DNA from: an uncultured virus (IMG/VR IMGVR_UViG_3300032560_000008)
Taxonomy: Duplodnaviria > Heunggongvirae > Uroviricota > Caudoviricetes
Direction: 5' to 3' (one strand)
DNA length: 64,000 bases
Virus record (IMG/VR): IMGVR_UViG_3300032560_000008
Below the pieces are notes generated by a model. It saw nothing but the letters and a program-made list of their open reading frames with translations. It was not told the DNA's origin and searched no databases. The translations under genes and the position numbers were made by a program. Below are positions 1 through 11,024 of the stretch, piece by piece (positions within the stretch are counted from its first letter, which is position 1; each line of letters opens with the position of its first letter).

Positions 1-112
1 CACCGCCACCACCATCACCACCACCGCCACCACCATCACCACCACCGCCACCACCATCACCACCACCACCGCCACCACCATCACCACCACCGCCACCACC
101 ATCACCACCATC
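1..112 (-). repeat. Tandem GGT/GGC/GAT repeat encoding (G4-7 D)n
   Basis: Plus strand caccgccaccaccatcac repeated about 6 times, in frame within the large structural ORF. Confidence 0.9.
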
Positions 113-3100
113 ATGATCTCCAGAAGGAATAGCATGGTCACCACCATCAGAGCCATTATCACAATAACTATTATCTTGAACAGAAGGAATAACAGAAGGA
201 ACTGATGGTGAAATGGAATCGTAGAAAACTGAAGAGAATGGTGACTGTTGAATTGATTGCTGTTGTGCTACCTGTTGAGCATTAACCTGATTTGATGTTA
301 CCTGGAACTGTGCAGTCCCAAGTTGAACAGAAATTGCGCTTGCATAATATGTTGCAGAAGCCTGTGTAGTAATTGCGTTTGCACCTGTAACAAGATTTGG
401 AACATCATTAATAACAAATTGCAATTCACCATTCGGGAACACACCGGGAGGAATGATGAATACACCATATAGATTTCCTGATGAATCAGTCTTTAAAGTT
501 CCATATGTTGAATTATAACCGTATTGATTCCCATAAACATCCGTATAAGAATGTGAAAGTGAGGAACCACCAGAATTCCATGGTGTAAGCTGAATGCAGC
601 AATTAATAACAGGAACGTTATCAAAATAAGCATACACAACTGTTGATGGTTTCAAACCTGTAACAGAGAACATAACAGGTGTTGAAGGAATATAGGTGAG
701 TAGATTTACACCTGTTACAATATTCCCAATCGTTACAGTAGAACCACTCTGTTGAACTGTAATCTGATTACCTACAGATTGCTGAAGTTGTGTAGAAGTG
801 GATGTAGTCTGTGAAAGGAATGCTTGTGTGATAGTGCCATCTGGGTTTGTAACGGTGCCAGCACCAGTTGTAGCATTGAGACCGTTTGGAACACCAACAC
901 TAGTCCAAGCACCCCATTGTGTTGGGAAAGCATTTGGAAGATTAGCAAAATTTGAATTTTGATTTAGATTTGAAATAACCGCGGGGCCCTGAGTATAATC
1001 AGGATTGACAGTTCCCTGAGGTGAAAGAAGCATTCTACCAGAATATGTATAGAAAGCACTTTCCTCACAATTTCTATATTGCGAAGCATATATCTGTGTT
1101 TGTTGAACTGCTGACGTATATGGAAGTGTAATAATATTACCAGTCTGTTGAACACCAGTTGATGAATTTGGATCAAAATAAAGTTGTGATCTAAATGGAA
1201 TAAATGCAGGTCTTAGAACACAATTATTGGTATCAATAGAAGCAAAGAAATGTTTATCTTTTGTATTACAAATTGTAAAATCCTTGAATGGATCAACAAG
1301 GATGCCATTCTGGAATTGATTCTGACCTGTAACAGATGATGTCATTGTAAGTGAAGCAGTGGATGCTTCAAGTAAACTTAGAGATGTATAATATTCAAGA
1401 GTAGAAATACGATTTGCAAGTGTTCCAATATCAGACATACGATAAGTCTTGGTCTGTTGAATTGTTAACTGAACAGCATAATCGTAACGCTTATAAGTCT
1501 TGGCATCTGAAGGAACAAGTGAAGGATATGCAGGTACTGATGCAATGCCGATTGTCATTGTCCCTGGAACTTCATTTGGTGGTTGTGGATTGGAACTAGA
1601 TAAACCTTCTGTTACTAGAAGTTTGCCACCTGTTGTCAGAGCAATTCTATCCTGCCGCGGTAGATAATATTCTACAGCAGATTGGAAATTTGTTCCTGGA
1701 GAAGGTAGATGAGAACCACCAGAAGGAACATGGAACACAAGATTAGCACTTGGATTCAATGTTGCGGAAGAAACATTTCCTGCATTATTAGCAACTGCTG
1801 TATTTGCGGCATATGGTCTAAAATCAACCACATCACGAAGATCAGTTGTGGTCTTTGAATTGATAGAAGTATATTGAGGAATTTGATATGTTCTGATTGC
1901 ATTGGTATTTGCTGTATTGGCATCATCAATAGGATATGATGCGGCAGTAAAGAAACCAACACCCTGAGATTCAGAATATGTGAAATTGTCAACAGATACT
2001 AGAAGTGTTGCTGTATTTGGTAAAGGATGTGTTGATGAAAGATATGCTAGACCATAGTATGAATCTCGTTGACCATTATCAAGAATAAATGATCCTACCT
2101 GATCTGGATTGTTTGTTGAATAACTACCAGATCCTACGTAAACATGATTTAAATTTAGAATATCAGGAATACCCAAACACCATGGGCCAGATGGACCGCC
2201 AGGGTTTGTTCCAACATTGATTTCAATAAGTGTATTTCTATTGATAATCTTAGATGTTGGATAAGTTGAACTTCTTAGAATATCAACATATGCAGAAATA
2301 CCAAATGCTGCATTGGTGGATTCACCCAAGGCAATTACAGCATTTGTTGCCGTAGCTGTAATTGTTCTAGTAGAAGAAGACATATTAATAGGAACACCTG
2401 CTGGATAGACCTTCTGTGAAACAACACCAGAAGTAGACCCAGAGAAATTGCTATCAACTGTGAGACTTGTATTATTAGAAATTGCAACAATATTTCTGGT
2501 ATTCCCTGTAATATAGATGTAATCACCAACATTATAATCCGTGAGGAATGATGTAGATGAACCTGTTACAGTAGTATTTGAATAGATTGATACAGTACCA
2601 GTCTTGTTTGCAGAATAACCATTTGCCGTTGGAATGATAATGTAACTATATTCCGTAGAAGTAGGAAGTGATCCTGTATAGTCAAACTGTTCTGTTGCCG
2701 AACCCGTAACAGAAGGAAGTGTAAGAGTAGAACCACCGGCAGTATTCACAGTGGCAGTAAGTCTATTTCTATAAACAAACTGTGAAGTGGATCCAAATCC
2801 TGCAGGATCAATTCCCTTTTGACCAAAAGGATGAACCATTATTTCATTGATAGTATCTTGGATCTGTGGAATATAAGAAATGGTTCCAGTGGCGGAAGTA
2901 TAGTACTGAGTAGGAACTATATCTGCTACAGCATTAACAGTATAAGACCCTGATGTGCCTGAATTGTAAAGAATGCTTAGAACCTGATTGAAGTTATAAC
3001 CAGAATTCATCTGAACATCAGAAAGATAAATGTAATACTGTGCTGTAGCAGTACCAGGTGTTCCAGAAACATACTGAACACCGCGGCAATATGCAGTACC

Positions 3101-4393
3101 AATTTTTGTTGCGGAAGAGAATTCACCAGACACACCAGAATTTAGGAATGTATGATTTGAAAGTGCCTGATTTGCAACAGAATGTAGTTCTAATTGAATA
3201 AGATTCTGGTTATTGAAATCACCACAGAATTGATTTACGATTACATAGTAACCATAATTTGCCGTTACAGATTGTGATGCTACAGAAGCAGTGTCTAAGC
3301 CCTTTCGAAGATTCACAATATTATTATTGATGAATTGAACTCTGTAACCTTGGACGTAACCGACACCAGGTGAGCAAACAAGATTCAAATAATTTTGTTG
3401 ATTGGGATCTTGTGAACCCTTATTGGTTGTTGACAATAAGAATGGTGTAGTAACATAGTTACCAGATGTTTCAAATGTTCGTTGTGCAGCCTGTGCTGTC
3501 ACAGCAACTAGTTGTGGATTGTTATTGATTGTGACAGGAAGACCATTCACAAAATCACAAATAGAGAAGAATGAAGAAGTATTTGCAATGTCTGAAGTTG
3601 CTCTAGTAACCAACGTTGGTGTTAGTTGAAGTCTATCAGCACCTGGTGCAGAATAGTTTTGAGCACCTGCTGCATTGTCATAAAGAGAAGAATCAGAAAG
3701 AGCCGTAACAATAGTCTCTGTTGCATCAAACCCAACTGAAATATTATCAGGAACATTTGAATACTTTGAGACAACAAGTGTTTGTGCTGCAACGTCAATG
3801 AATGTTCCTTTTTTAAAGATAACACCATCAGTCACAGTAAAGGCATAACCTTGACCAGAAGCATTTACAGAAGTAGGATTTCCGTATACAGATACAGTTC
3901 CGATTAAAACATTTGCAGATGAAGTAATAGAAAGAGTATCATTTGCAGAATATGTGCTCTGATTATATCCATTCGATAATGTAACAGAATTTAGATACTT
4001 GATGTATAATGTATTTAAATTGGGATATTGAGACTGGTAACCAGTTATAGCATTTACAACTGTTGAATTTAGACCATTCTGATTTGTTACGTAATCGCCA
4101 ATAAAACTAGACACAGAACCGATTGCAGTGCCATTTGAATAGTTATCATTAAGCATTACATAATTATAAGCATTATCAAAGGTGATAGCACAACCTTGAA
4201 CAACCGAACCTTCACGGAAAACGTTTCGACCAAATTTATTGATCTGATCCTGAAGAATACTTTGTGTCTGGTTTAGTTCACGAACTTGAACAGCAGTAGC
4301 TGGCTTATAAAGAATTCTGTAATAATTCTTTGTCTCATCATAATCATCAAAATATGGAGACGTAGATAGGTTTGTTTGAAATTCTTGCGTCAT
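1..4393 (-). CDS. Large virion structural protein (DUF4815/VrlC-like), 3' end runs off the window; Gly/Asp-rich low-complexity tract at the window edge
   Basis: Absent from the ORF track because it is truncated. ATG at 4393 reads MTQEFQTNLSTSPYFDDYDETKNYYRILYKPATAVQVRELNQTQSILQDQI; PYFDD and VQxRELxQxQSILQxQ motifs are typical of this T4-like family; APGADR motif near 3640; the same frame reads GGGGD repeats at position 1. Confidence 0.85.
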   Translation of the reverse strand, partial: MTQEFQTNLSTSPYFDDYDETKNYYRILYKPATAVQVRELNQTQSILQDQINKFGRNVFREGSVVQGCAITFDNAYNYVMLNDNYSNGTAIGSVSSFIGDYVTNQNGLNSTVVNAITGYQSQYPNLNTLYIKYLNSVTLSNGYNQSTYSANDTLSITSSANVLIGTVSVYGNPTSVNASGQGYAFTVTDGVIFKKGTFIDVAAQTLVVSKYSNVPDNISVGFDATETIVTALSDSSLYDNAAGAQNYSAPGADRLQLTPTLVTRATSDIANTSSFFSICDFVNGLPVTINNNPQLVAVTAQAAQRTFETSGNYVTTPFLLSTTNKGSQDPNQQNYLNLVCSPGVGYVQGYRVQFINNNIVNLRKGLDTASVASQSVTANYGYYVIVNQFCGDFNNQNLIQLELHSVANQALSNHTFLNSGVSGEFSSATKIGTAYCRGVQYVSGTPGTATAQYYIYLSDVQMNSGYNFNQVLSILYNSGTSGSYTVNAVADIVPTQYYTSATGTISYIPQIQDTINEIMVHPFGQKGIDPAGFGSTSQFVYRNRLTATVNTAGGSTLTLPSVTGSATEQFDYTGSLPTSTEYSYIIIPTANGYSANKTGTVSIYSNTTVTGSSTSFLTDYNVGDYIYITGNTRNIVAISNNTSLTVDSNFSGSTSGVVSQKVYPAGVPINMSSSTRTITATATNAVIALGESTNAAFGISAYVDILRSSTYPTSKIINRNTLIEINVGTNPGGPSGPWCLGIPDILNLNHVYVGSGSYSTNNPDQVGSFILDNGQRDSYYGLAYLSSTHPLPNTATLLVSVDNFTYSESQGVGFFTAASYPIDDANTANTNAIRTYQIPQYTSINSKTTTDLRDVVDFRPYAANTAVANNAGNVSSATLNPSANLVFHVPSGGSHLPSPGTNFQSAVEYYLPRQDRIALTTGGKLLVTEGLSSSNPQPPNEVPGTMTIGIASVPAYPSLVPSDAKTYKRYDYAVQLTIQQTKTYRMSDIGTLANRISTLEYYTSLSLLEASTASLTMTSSVTGQNQFQNGILVDPFKDFTICNTKDKHFFASIDTNNCVLRPAFIPFRSQLYFDPNSSTGVQQTGNIITLPYTSAVQQTQIYASQYRNCEESAFYTYSGRMLLSPQGTVNPDYTQGPAVISNLNQNSNFANLPNAFPTQWGAWTSVGVPNGLNATTGAGTVTNPDGTITQAFLSQTTSTSTQLQQSVGNQITVQQSGSTVTIGNIVTGVNLLTYIPSTPVMFSVTGLKPSTVVYAYFDNVPVINCCIQLTPWNSGGSSLSHSYTDVYGNQYGYNSTYGTLKTDSSGNLYGVFIIPPGVFPNGELQFVINDVPNLVTGANAITTQASATYYASAISVQLGTAQFQVTSNQVNAQQVAQQQSIQQSPFSSVFYDSISPSVPSVIPSVQDNSYCDNGSDGGDHAIPSGDHDGGDGGGGGGDGGGGGGGDGGGGGGDGGGGGGDGGGG

Positions 4394-4401
4394 TTATTCC
4401 T

Positions 4402-7400
4402 CTAGAATTGAATAACCAGCTGCACTTGTTCTTGTGATGTTCTTGTTATTGTAACAGGATTTTTTAGATTTTCGTAATAAATCACAGTACCTGAGTTCCT
4501 TACCAAATCTGGATACAGAATAAGATTTGCATTATTACATATCCCCGTTGAACCGGAAGTTAATCCTGTTATTGTTAATGGTGATACCGCAGAAGCCTGG
4601 AAAGGTTCTGGACCATCAATGTTATTTAGGAGTAATACTGGAAGGGTTGAACTAATTGTTGCAGAAGCACCAACAGCTGTTGAAATAGTTGCACCAGGAG
4701 TAAATGTTCCTAATACATTTGTTATCATCAAATATGAATTGTTTGAATACTTAATGTAGCCATTTGCAGAAGAAGTACTTACATATTGACCATTCGAGAA
4801 TGTGCCTGTGACAGATGAAAGAGAAACATCGACTTCACCTGTCAATGAAAGTATTTTACCAGAGGCATTTGTAGTGCTCTGAAGCACTGTTTCATATAAA
4901 TCAAATGGTGCGGTATTTGAGGTAATAGTAAGTCTGGCAGTTTGATTAAATGTTTGACCAAATGATGATGTAGCATTAATCAGACCGTTTGATGTGTAAA
5001 TTGAAGCAATGGTTGCATATGAATTTGTTGTAGCATCTACAATAACATCATTTGAATCAAATCTACCAACAACGTTTGTCAACTGAAGTTGTGTATTGTT
5101 TGCAGATACACCATCAATATAAGCAGATGCACCAGAAGTCACCTCTGAAATGAATTCAATACCTGATGTAGAATTGATCTTGAATGTTGCAACATTGGCA
5201 AGTGCAATATTTGCATAAGTTCCTGATGAAAGACCATACACAACATTATTGGGTGAGACATTTGAGAATGATCCAATAACATTCTTTAATTCAAGATATG
5301 TTGAATTGGAATATACACAAACACCAGCAGCATTTGATACGGGAACAGAACTTCCATTCGACGAAGAAATAACAATTTCATTTGTTGCAAATGTGCCAGA
5401 AGATCCCGTAAGAGTAAGTTTTACTCTATCAAAATCATTGATATTTACTAATACATTTGTATAAGAAGGTGTGTTTAGAATACCCAACTTATTATAAGAA
5501 AGATATTGATAGAATGGATCTGTATTGGTAAAAATTTCTGAAATGCAACAATAGAAACCACCAAGTTCAGTCACTGCATCACCACCATGACCACCAATTG
5601 GAGCAATAATTGGCATTAGATTTGCACCTGTTCCGTAACTAGAATTTGCAGTGACCGTAACATTTGCATAAGTATATCCAATGCCAGGATTGATTGTAAG
5701 TGTTCCATATATGGAATTTGCAGCGTCAACAGATGTATTGACAAGTGCAAGTGATACCGAATTAGTACCATCACCTGTGACAGTAATAGTAGGCGCAATC
5801 GTATATTGTGTAAGACTATTAGGAACGGTGGTTTCTGCAATAATTGTAGCATTACCAGTGCTTACACCAGCAGTTTGGAAATACACTGCCTGGCCAGAAT
5901 TAAATTGACCTACAGGTTGTGACACAGTAATATTAGGAACAGTCAGAACAGATGAAATGGTTGATCTTAGTTCAGAAGAAGTTCCTAAAATGTAATAACC
6001 TGAACCTGCTGTCCATGATCCTAATACATTTGAAAGAATAACAGAGGTACTGTTGGCATATGCAACCGTTCCATTTGCACCAATAGCAACATTTGAACTA
6101 TTGACCATAATAACACTTTCACCAATAGTAAATGATGAACCAAGAATAGGAATAGTATTTGCAATACTTAGTGTTACAGAATTAATATTGACCTGTGAAA
6201 TGGAACCTTCAGCATATACATCAGTGATTGAATATGGCTCGATAGCATTTGGAATTGTATAATGATTTTGCGCATGATTTGTGTAATTAAGTAATGAATG
6301 AACCTGACCAGGATTTGTTGTTGCAGGTGTTAAAGCCAAATTAGCGCCATTCCGTGTTGATGCCAAGGCCAACACTGTAGTATTTGAGAATGAAACATAA
6401 TAATAACTATTTGCAGTAAGACCAGGAATTGCCGTATTACCTGCAGGCACTGAATAGTAGATATAATCGCCAACATAATAGTTTGTATTGGCATTTGAAA
6501 TAGCAATAGTATTTGACACAACATATGCAGAATTGGCAATAATACTTGCTGTATTTGTTACTGATACAGAGAATGGAATGTCCGTAATGATTACAGTTGT
6601 ATTAGAAGAAACTACTCTTCGCACATTGGTATTAGCATTTGTTCCTACTCTTATATAAGCTCCTGAGGGATACACTGAATTTGCTGTAAACCCTGAAGCA
6701 AATACGTATGTGTTATTGTTGTAAATTATTGCAGTGCCACTATTGAGAACACCAGCTGAAACTGTATCAACAATAGGATAATTGAGAGAAAAATCAAAGC
6801 CCGAAGATGTTTTGGTAATATCAATATATGTTGCATTTGCAGCAATTACGTATCCTGTGATACCAGTATCCGTTTGAATAACTGTATCACCTGTATTGAT
6901 ATAACCTGAGGGATAAACATAGTTGATATTATCATATGCTTGATAAGCAGTCTGACCAACTACAGGATTTGCACCTTGAATATTACTTAATTCAATATAA
7001 GCATAATTTAGGAATGGTGTTTGATTTGATACAATTACTTTCTTGGTAGAACCAGAATAAGACTGAATTTGTCTGATCTGACCCGGACCAACACCAGAGT
7101 TCAAATAGATTGATGAACCAGTATAATAGTTATCAAGTGAAGAAGAAGTAGAAGGTAGTTGAATTGAATATGCATTAATAAATGATTGAACTAAACCAGT
7201 TTCTGTAATATAACCAGAACCACCATTTGCAACAAAAAACGAGTCGATTGTTCCTGTAACAGCATTATTCTGAACTGCTGTATTGGGAACTACAGGAATG
7301 AAATTAGTCGATGTGAAATATGAATTGGAAATGGAATCAATAGTATACATGTATTTCCACACATATCCATCACCTGTAACAAATGTGCCTGAGGTTGCTT

Positions 7401-7785
7401 TCAAAGATGGTTGAATTGTCGATGGTGCACCATTGTTATTGTTGATGCACTTATAAACATCATACGTATTTGTTACTACATAATAATTGGTGCTGTAGAG
7501 ATTATTTACATTCTGATCGTAACGAGCATAGACTGTTCCTGCTGTCCAAGTATGTCTGGGAACAACATTTTTGATATTAGAAGAAGTAATTAGTTTTCCA
7601 TAGAGAATATCATTATACACATTTTGTTGTGTATTGGCAACAGAATTATCGGGACTTGGAGCATAACCTGAAGAAAACTCGGTTGAATATGCTGTATATA
7701 CATAATACGAATTCTCTCCGCTTTCAACACTATTAATGAAAGCATTGGCCATATTGATGTTATACTTGGTTGTCAGAATAGCCAT
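4402..7785 (-). CDS. gp8: Baseplate wedge subunit gp8-like, with long internal insertions
   Basis: Motifs PRHTWTAGTVY, YYVVT..YDVYKCI.N, TGDGYVWKYMYTI, GGHG.D...ELG and a C-terminal IYYEN..P; position in the baseplate cluster. Confidence 0.85.
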   Translation of the reverse strand: MAILTTKYNINMANAFINSVESGENSYYVYTAYSTEFSSGYAPSPDNSVANTQQNVYNDILYGKLITSSNIKNVVPRHTWTAGTVYARYDQNVNNLYSTNYYVVTNTYDVYKCINNNNGAPSTIQPSLKATSGTFVTGDGYVWKYMYTIDSISNSYFTSTNFIPVVPNTAVQNNAVTGTIDSFFVANGGSGYITETGLVQSFINAYSIQLPSTSSSLDNYYTGSSIYLNSGVGPGQIRQIQSYSGSTKKVIVSNQTPFLNYAYIELSNIQGANPVVGQTAYQAYDNINYVYPSGYINTGDTVIQTDTGITGYVIAANATYIDITKTSSGFDFSLNYPIVDTVSAGVLNSGTAIIYNNNTYVFASGFTANSVYPSGAYIRVGTNANTNVRRVVSSNTTVIITDIPFSVSVTNTASIIANSAYVVSNTIAISNANTNYYVGDYIYYSVPAGNTAIPGLTANSYYYVSFSNTTVLALASTRNGANLALTPATTNPGQVHSLLNYTNHAQNHYTIPNAIEPYSITDVYAEGSISQVNINSVTLSIANTIPILGSSFTIGESVIMVNSSNVAIGANGTVAYANSTSVILSNVLGSWTAGSGYYILGTSSELRSTISSVLTVPNITVSQPVGQFNSGQAVYFQTAGVSTGNATIIAETTVPNSLTQYTIAPTITVTGDGTNSVSLALVNTSVDAANSIYGTLTINPGIGYTYANVTVTANSSYGTGANLMPIIAPIGGHGGDAVTELGGFYCCISEIFTNTDPFYQYLSYNKLGILNTPSYTNVLVNINDFDRVKLTLTGSSGTFATNEIVISSSNGSSVPVSNAAGVCVYSNSTYLELKNVIGSFSNVSPNNVVYGLSSGTYANIALANVATFKINSTSGIEFISEVTSGASAYIDGVSANNTQLQLTNVVGRFDSNDVIVDATTNSYATIASIYTSNGLINATSSFGQTFNQTARLTITSNTAPFDLYETVLQSTTNASGKILSLTGEVDVSLSSVTGTFSNGQYVSTSSANGYIKYSNNSYLMITNVLGTFTPGATISTAVGASATISSTLPVLLLNNIDGPEPFQASAVSPLTITGLTSGSTGICNNANLILYPDLVRNSGTVIYYENLKNPVTITRTSQEQVQLVIQF

Positions 7786-7800
7786 TTTGTCTCCAAATTA

Positions 7801-10800
7801 CTATATAGGTATGGTAGTAGTGATGAATGTATTCTGCTGGCCTACAACAGTAAGAGCGGTTGTGTAACTATTATTGCTTAATACTATATTACTTGGTGAA
7901 CTTACAATAGTCCCTGGTGTATATATCATAGAATAAGGAGCAGTAGTCATCGACGTATTAGCAGTTGCAGTCACGGTTTCACCCAATTCAGAATCGGTTT
8001 GATATAGATAAATGCCCCAAGCAGTATTATTAGATGATGTCAAGGATCCATCGGCTGGCACTTTTATAATCAATGCATTCCCGTTAAAATCATTACTATT
8101 ATCTACAACATAACCACTTAAAATAACGGCACCGTTATAATAAACCGCATTGGATCTGGTAGGTCCTATTTGTGATGAAGGATATGTATATCCTTGAATT
8201 GAACCATTTGAAGAATATGGTAATAAACCGTTAGTAAATGCAATCGAACCAGATGTATTCATTTTAGCAAATGTGGTAGAACGAACACTATCGCTTCCTA
8301 CCAACCATATGTTATCACTTTTATCTATAGACACACCGGTAAATTTTATACCACTTGATTGAATGTCCTCACACCAAACTATAGTTCCACTTGAATTAAA
8401 TTTAATGAGTTGATTATTACCACTGGAAGTAATCACCAATGCATAACAATTACCTTCATTATCAACATCTATGGAACTAATTAAATAATTATCCAATTTT
8501 ATTGAAGTTATATCAATAGACCATACAAAAGATCCTGAAGTATTTGTTTTGGTTATAGTATTGATTAAGCTACTATGTTGTCTGTCTGAACAAGAAGTGT
8601 AAATGTTTCCTGATGCATCAACTGCCATACAGAAGATAGGATTGTTATTATCATACGTATCAAGAATATACTCCCACAATAGATTACCTGAAGAATCATA
8701 TTTAAATAAAATGTATTCTATTCCAGAAGAATTACCATTGGTTCCTGATAGATAAATGTTATTTAAGGCATCGACACACACCAAAACATTAAGATATTGG
8801 CCCAGAAAAGCAATATTTAAATTTACACGTTTTTGCCAAAGAATATTTCCATTAGAATTTAGTTTTAAAATGAAACTATTAAATGGACTAGCTGTTTCAG
8901 ACATTGTTATGATAATATTATCATTTGAGTCGATTGCAATACCACATGCATTATCATATGAACCAACATAATCATTAAGAATATATTGCCATACTACATT
9001 TCCAAGAATATCAAATTTTGTAATGAATACAAACTGAGATGTAGAAGTAATACTAGAACCAACAATATATGAATTGCCTTGACTATCGACTAATACACCT
9101 TGTGAATAACTAACATTATTTTCAAGAGGAATGTCGCCATATTCTACAATCCAATAAGGGCTTGCATATCTACCTTGTGTAAGTAAAATACTTGATGGGG
9201 TAGGTGCATTATTTGCTTGGGTATCTTTGTATCTATATTTCCCAAATAAAGCAATACCAGCAGGATGGACAATATCTCGAACAAATTTTTCATACGTTGA
9301 AAGCATCCGTTCTGCAACAATTTCATATGACATATTCTGATATAGATAACTATCTTGTATGAAGTTAACATCAGAGACAAAGCCTTGATTATTCAACCAA
9401 CTTCCTGAACCAGTGCCGTCCAAATTAAGAACGGCCGTTCCAGTCACTACAGTTTGATTGAGTGTATTTGCTGCCGAAAGAGATAATAGTTCACCTTGTG
9501 TATGACCAAATCCCGAATCTTGTAGATGAACGGCAGATACAATGCCATTGGCATATGTTGCTGTGGCCGTAACAAGTACGTCCTCACCAATAATACCACC
9601 AGAACCATCAGGAAGTCCGAGGGAAGCAATATATGGTTCTATAATTGTAACGGTTGGATTTGATGAATATCCAGCACCTGGATTTATTCTTGTAAGATAA
9701 CTAACGGTGCCTGCCTGGATATTTTCATACGATAATACTTGACCAATCTGTGTATTTAAATTAGCAGATACACCAGCAAAGAATCCAGACCAATTTGGAT
9801 TGTATTGAAGTGAATGTATTTCATGAGAAGTACCAGAAGGTGTAAGTGCAATATTAGCGCCACCTAGAGAAGATGAAAGTGCAAGAGCAGATGAATTTGC
9901 AAAAGTAACATAATAATAACTATTTGCAGTGAGGGAAGGTATTGCCGTATTCCCTGCAGGGACTGAATAATAAACATATGTGCCTACAGGATAAAGTGTA
10001 TTTGCAGAACCAACAAGAATGGTATTTGCCGCAGCATTTACAGATGTTGTATTGGCATCAATCGTTGTATAATTTGAGAGAACAGTCGATGAAAAGTTAT
10101 TGACTTGGTCTATATTCACAACCCATGTTATAGCATCTTGAATAGCACCAATCTTAAATGTAGCACCAGCGCCTGATCCACCTGAAACAACAACATTTGC
10201 ATTTAAACTAATACCCTGACCACCATTCACAAGTGTGAATACTACTTCACCATTTAAATCATATGTCGAAGCAACAGTTGCACGTGCACCTGAGCCCGAA
10301 CCCAAAACATTTAATTCATCGCCTACTTTAAAATTATAACCACCTTCTACAATCGAAATGGTCGTAAGTGAACCTGTAATGACAGGTGCATTTTTAAGTG
10401 TTATTTCTGGAACAGCTTCACAAAGGATCTGCTCGCCATATTTGAATCTTCCTTCAAGAGAGGAAAGATACAGGACGTTCACAACCTTATTGTTTTCAAT
10501 TTTTTGATAATAGTTTTCACAAGTTGCAAATGCAGACCCAGAAGATGAATATATTCTATTTCCAATTAATTTGGGAAGATATGGATTGTTATTGACTTCA
10601 ATATATTTTGGAACTTGCCAAATACCATCAGATGGTTTTAATAAGTAATTATTTGGAATATAAACATCAATATCCTCATCAAATAAAAGTCGAAACAGAA
10701 GTTCATACGATCTTCTTGAACCTTTTGACCGATATAGATCAAGAATATGTTTGACAAGTAACTGAGGGCTTGATATAATAGTTTCTGGGATAGAGGTTAA

Positions 10801-11022
10801 ATATGTATTCTTAAAGTGACTAATGAATGCTTGTTCTGTATTGTCAATGTCTGTCAAATCATAAAGTGATCTTGATTGATAACCAATGTTTGATGGTTGT
10901 TCAAGCCATTCATAATATGCCTTCACAAAGGCAATGAATAATGCTTGACCATTATTCTGATCCCTATAAAAACTAGGGAATTGTGCAGGAATTAATGGTG
11001 AAATAAATTTATTATCAAGCAT
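7801..11022 (-). CDS. gp7: Baseplate wedge protein (gp7-like) with C-terminal beta-propeller extension
   Basis: FVKAYYEWLE, KHILDLYRSKGS..SYELLFRLLF, IQDSYLYQ.MSY and VHPAG motifs; lies between gp6 and gp8; C-terminal repeats of the type DS.GN.Y..G. Confidence 0.7.
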   Translation of the reverse strand: MLDNKFISPLIPAQFPSFYRDQNNGQALFIAFVKAYYEWLEQPSNIGYQSRSLYDLTDIDNTEQAFISHFKNTYLTSIPETIISSPQLLVKHILDLYRSKGSRRSYELLFRLLFDEDIDVYIPNNYLLKPSDGIWQVPKYIEVNNNPYLPKLIGNRIYSSSGSAFATCENYYQKIENNKVVNVLYLSSLEGRFKYGEQILCEAVPEITLKNAPVITGSLTTISIVEGGYNFKVGDELNVLGSGSGARATVASTYDLNGEVVFTLVNGGQGISLNANVVVSGGSGAGATFKIGAIQDAITWVVNIDQVNNFSSTVLSNYTTIDANTTSVNAAANTILVGSANTLYPVGTYVYYSVPAGNTAIPSLTANSYYYVTFANSSALALSSSLGGANIALTPSGTSHEIHSLQYNPNWSGFFAGVSANLNTQIGQVLSYENIQAGTVSYLTRINPGAGYSSNPTVTIIEPYIASLGLPDGSGGIIGEDVLVTATATYANGIVSAVHLQDSGFGHTQGELLSLSAANTLNQTVVTGTAVLNLDGTGSGSWLNNQGFVSDVNFIQDSYLYQNMSYEIVAERMLSTYEKFVRDIVHPAGIALFGKYRYKDTQANNAPTPSSILLTQGRYASPYWIVEYGDIPLENNVSYSQGVLVDSQGNSYIVGSSITSTSQFVFITKFDILGNVVWQYILNDYVGSYDNACGIAIDSNDNIIITMSETASPFNSFILKLNSNGNILWQKRVNLNIAFLGQYLNVLVCVDALNNIYLSGTNGNSSGIEYILFKYDSSGNLLWEYILDTYDNNNPIFCMAVDASGNIYTSCSDRQHSSLINTITKTNTSGSFVWSIDITSIKLDNYLISSIDVDNEGNCYALVITSSGNNQLIKFNSSGTIVWCEDIQSSGIKFTGVSIDKSDNIWLVGSDSVRSTTFAKMNTSGSIAFTNGLLPYSSNGSIQGYTYPSSQIGPTRSNAVYYNGAVILSGYVVDNSNDFNGNALIIKVPADGSLTSSNNTAWGIYLYQTDSELGETVTATANTSMTTAPYSMIYTPGTIVSSPSNIVLSNNSYTTALTVVGQQNTFITTTIPI

Positions 11023-11024
11023 TA

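Noticed and set aside
964..3828. Short ORF-track entries in the first 4 kb
   Set aside because: They are shadow frames of the large truncated structural gene.
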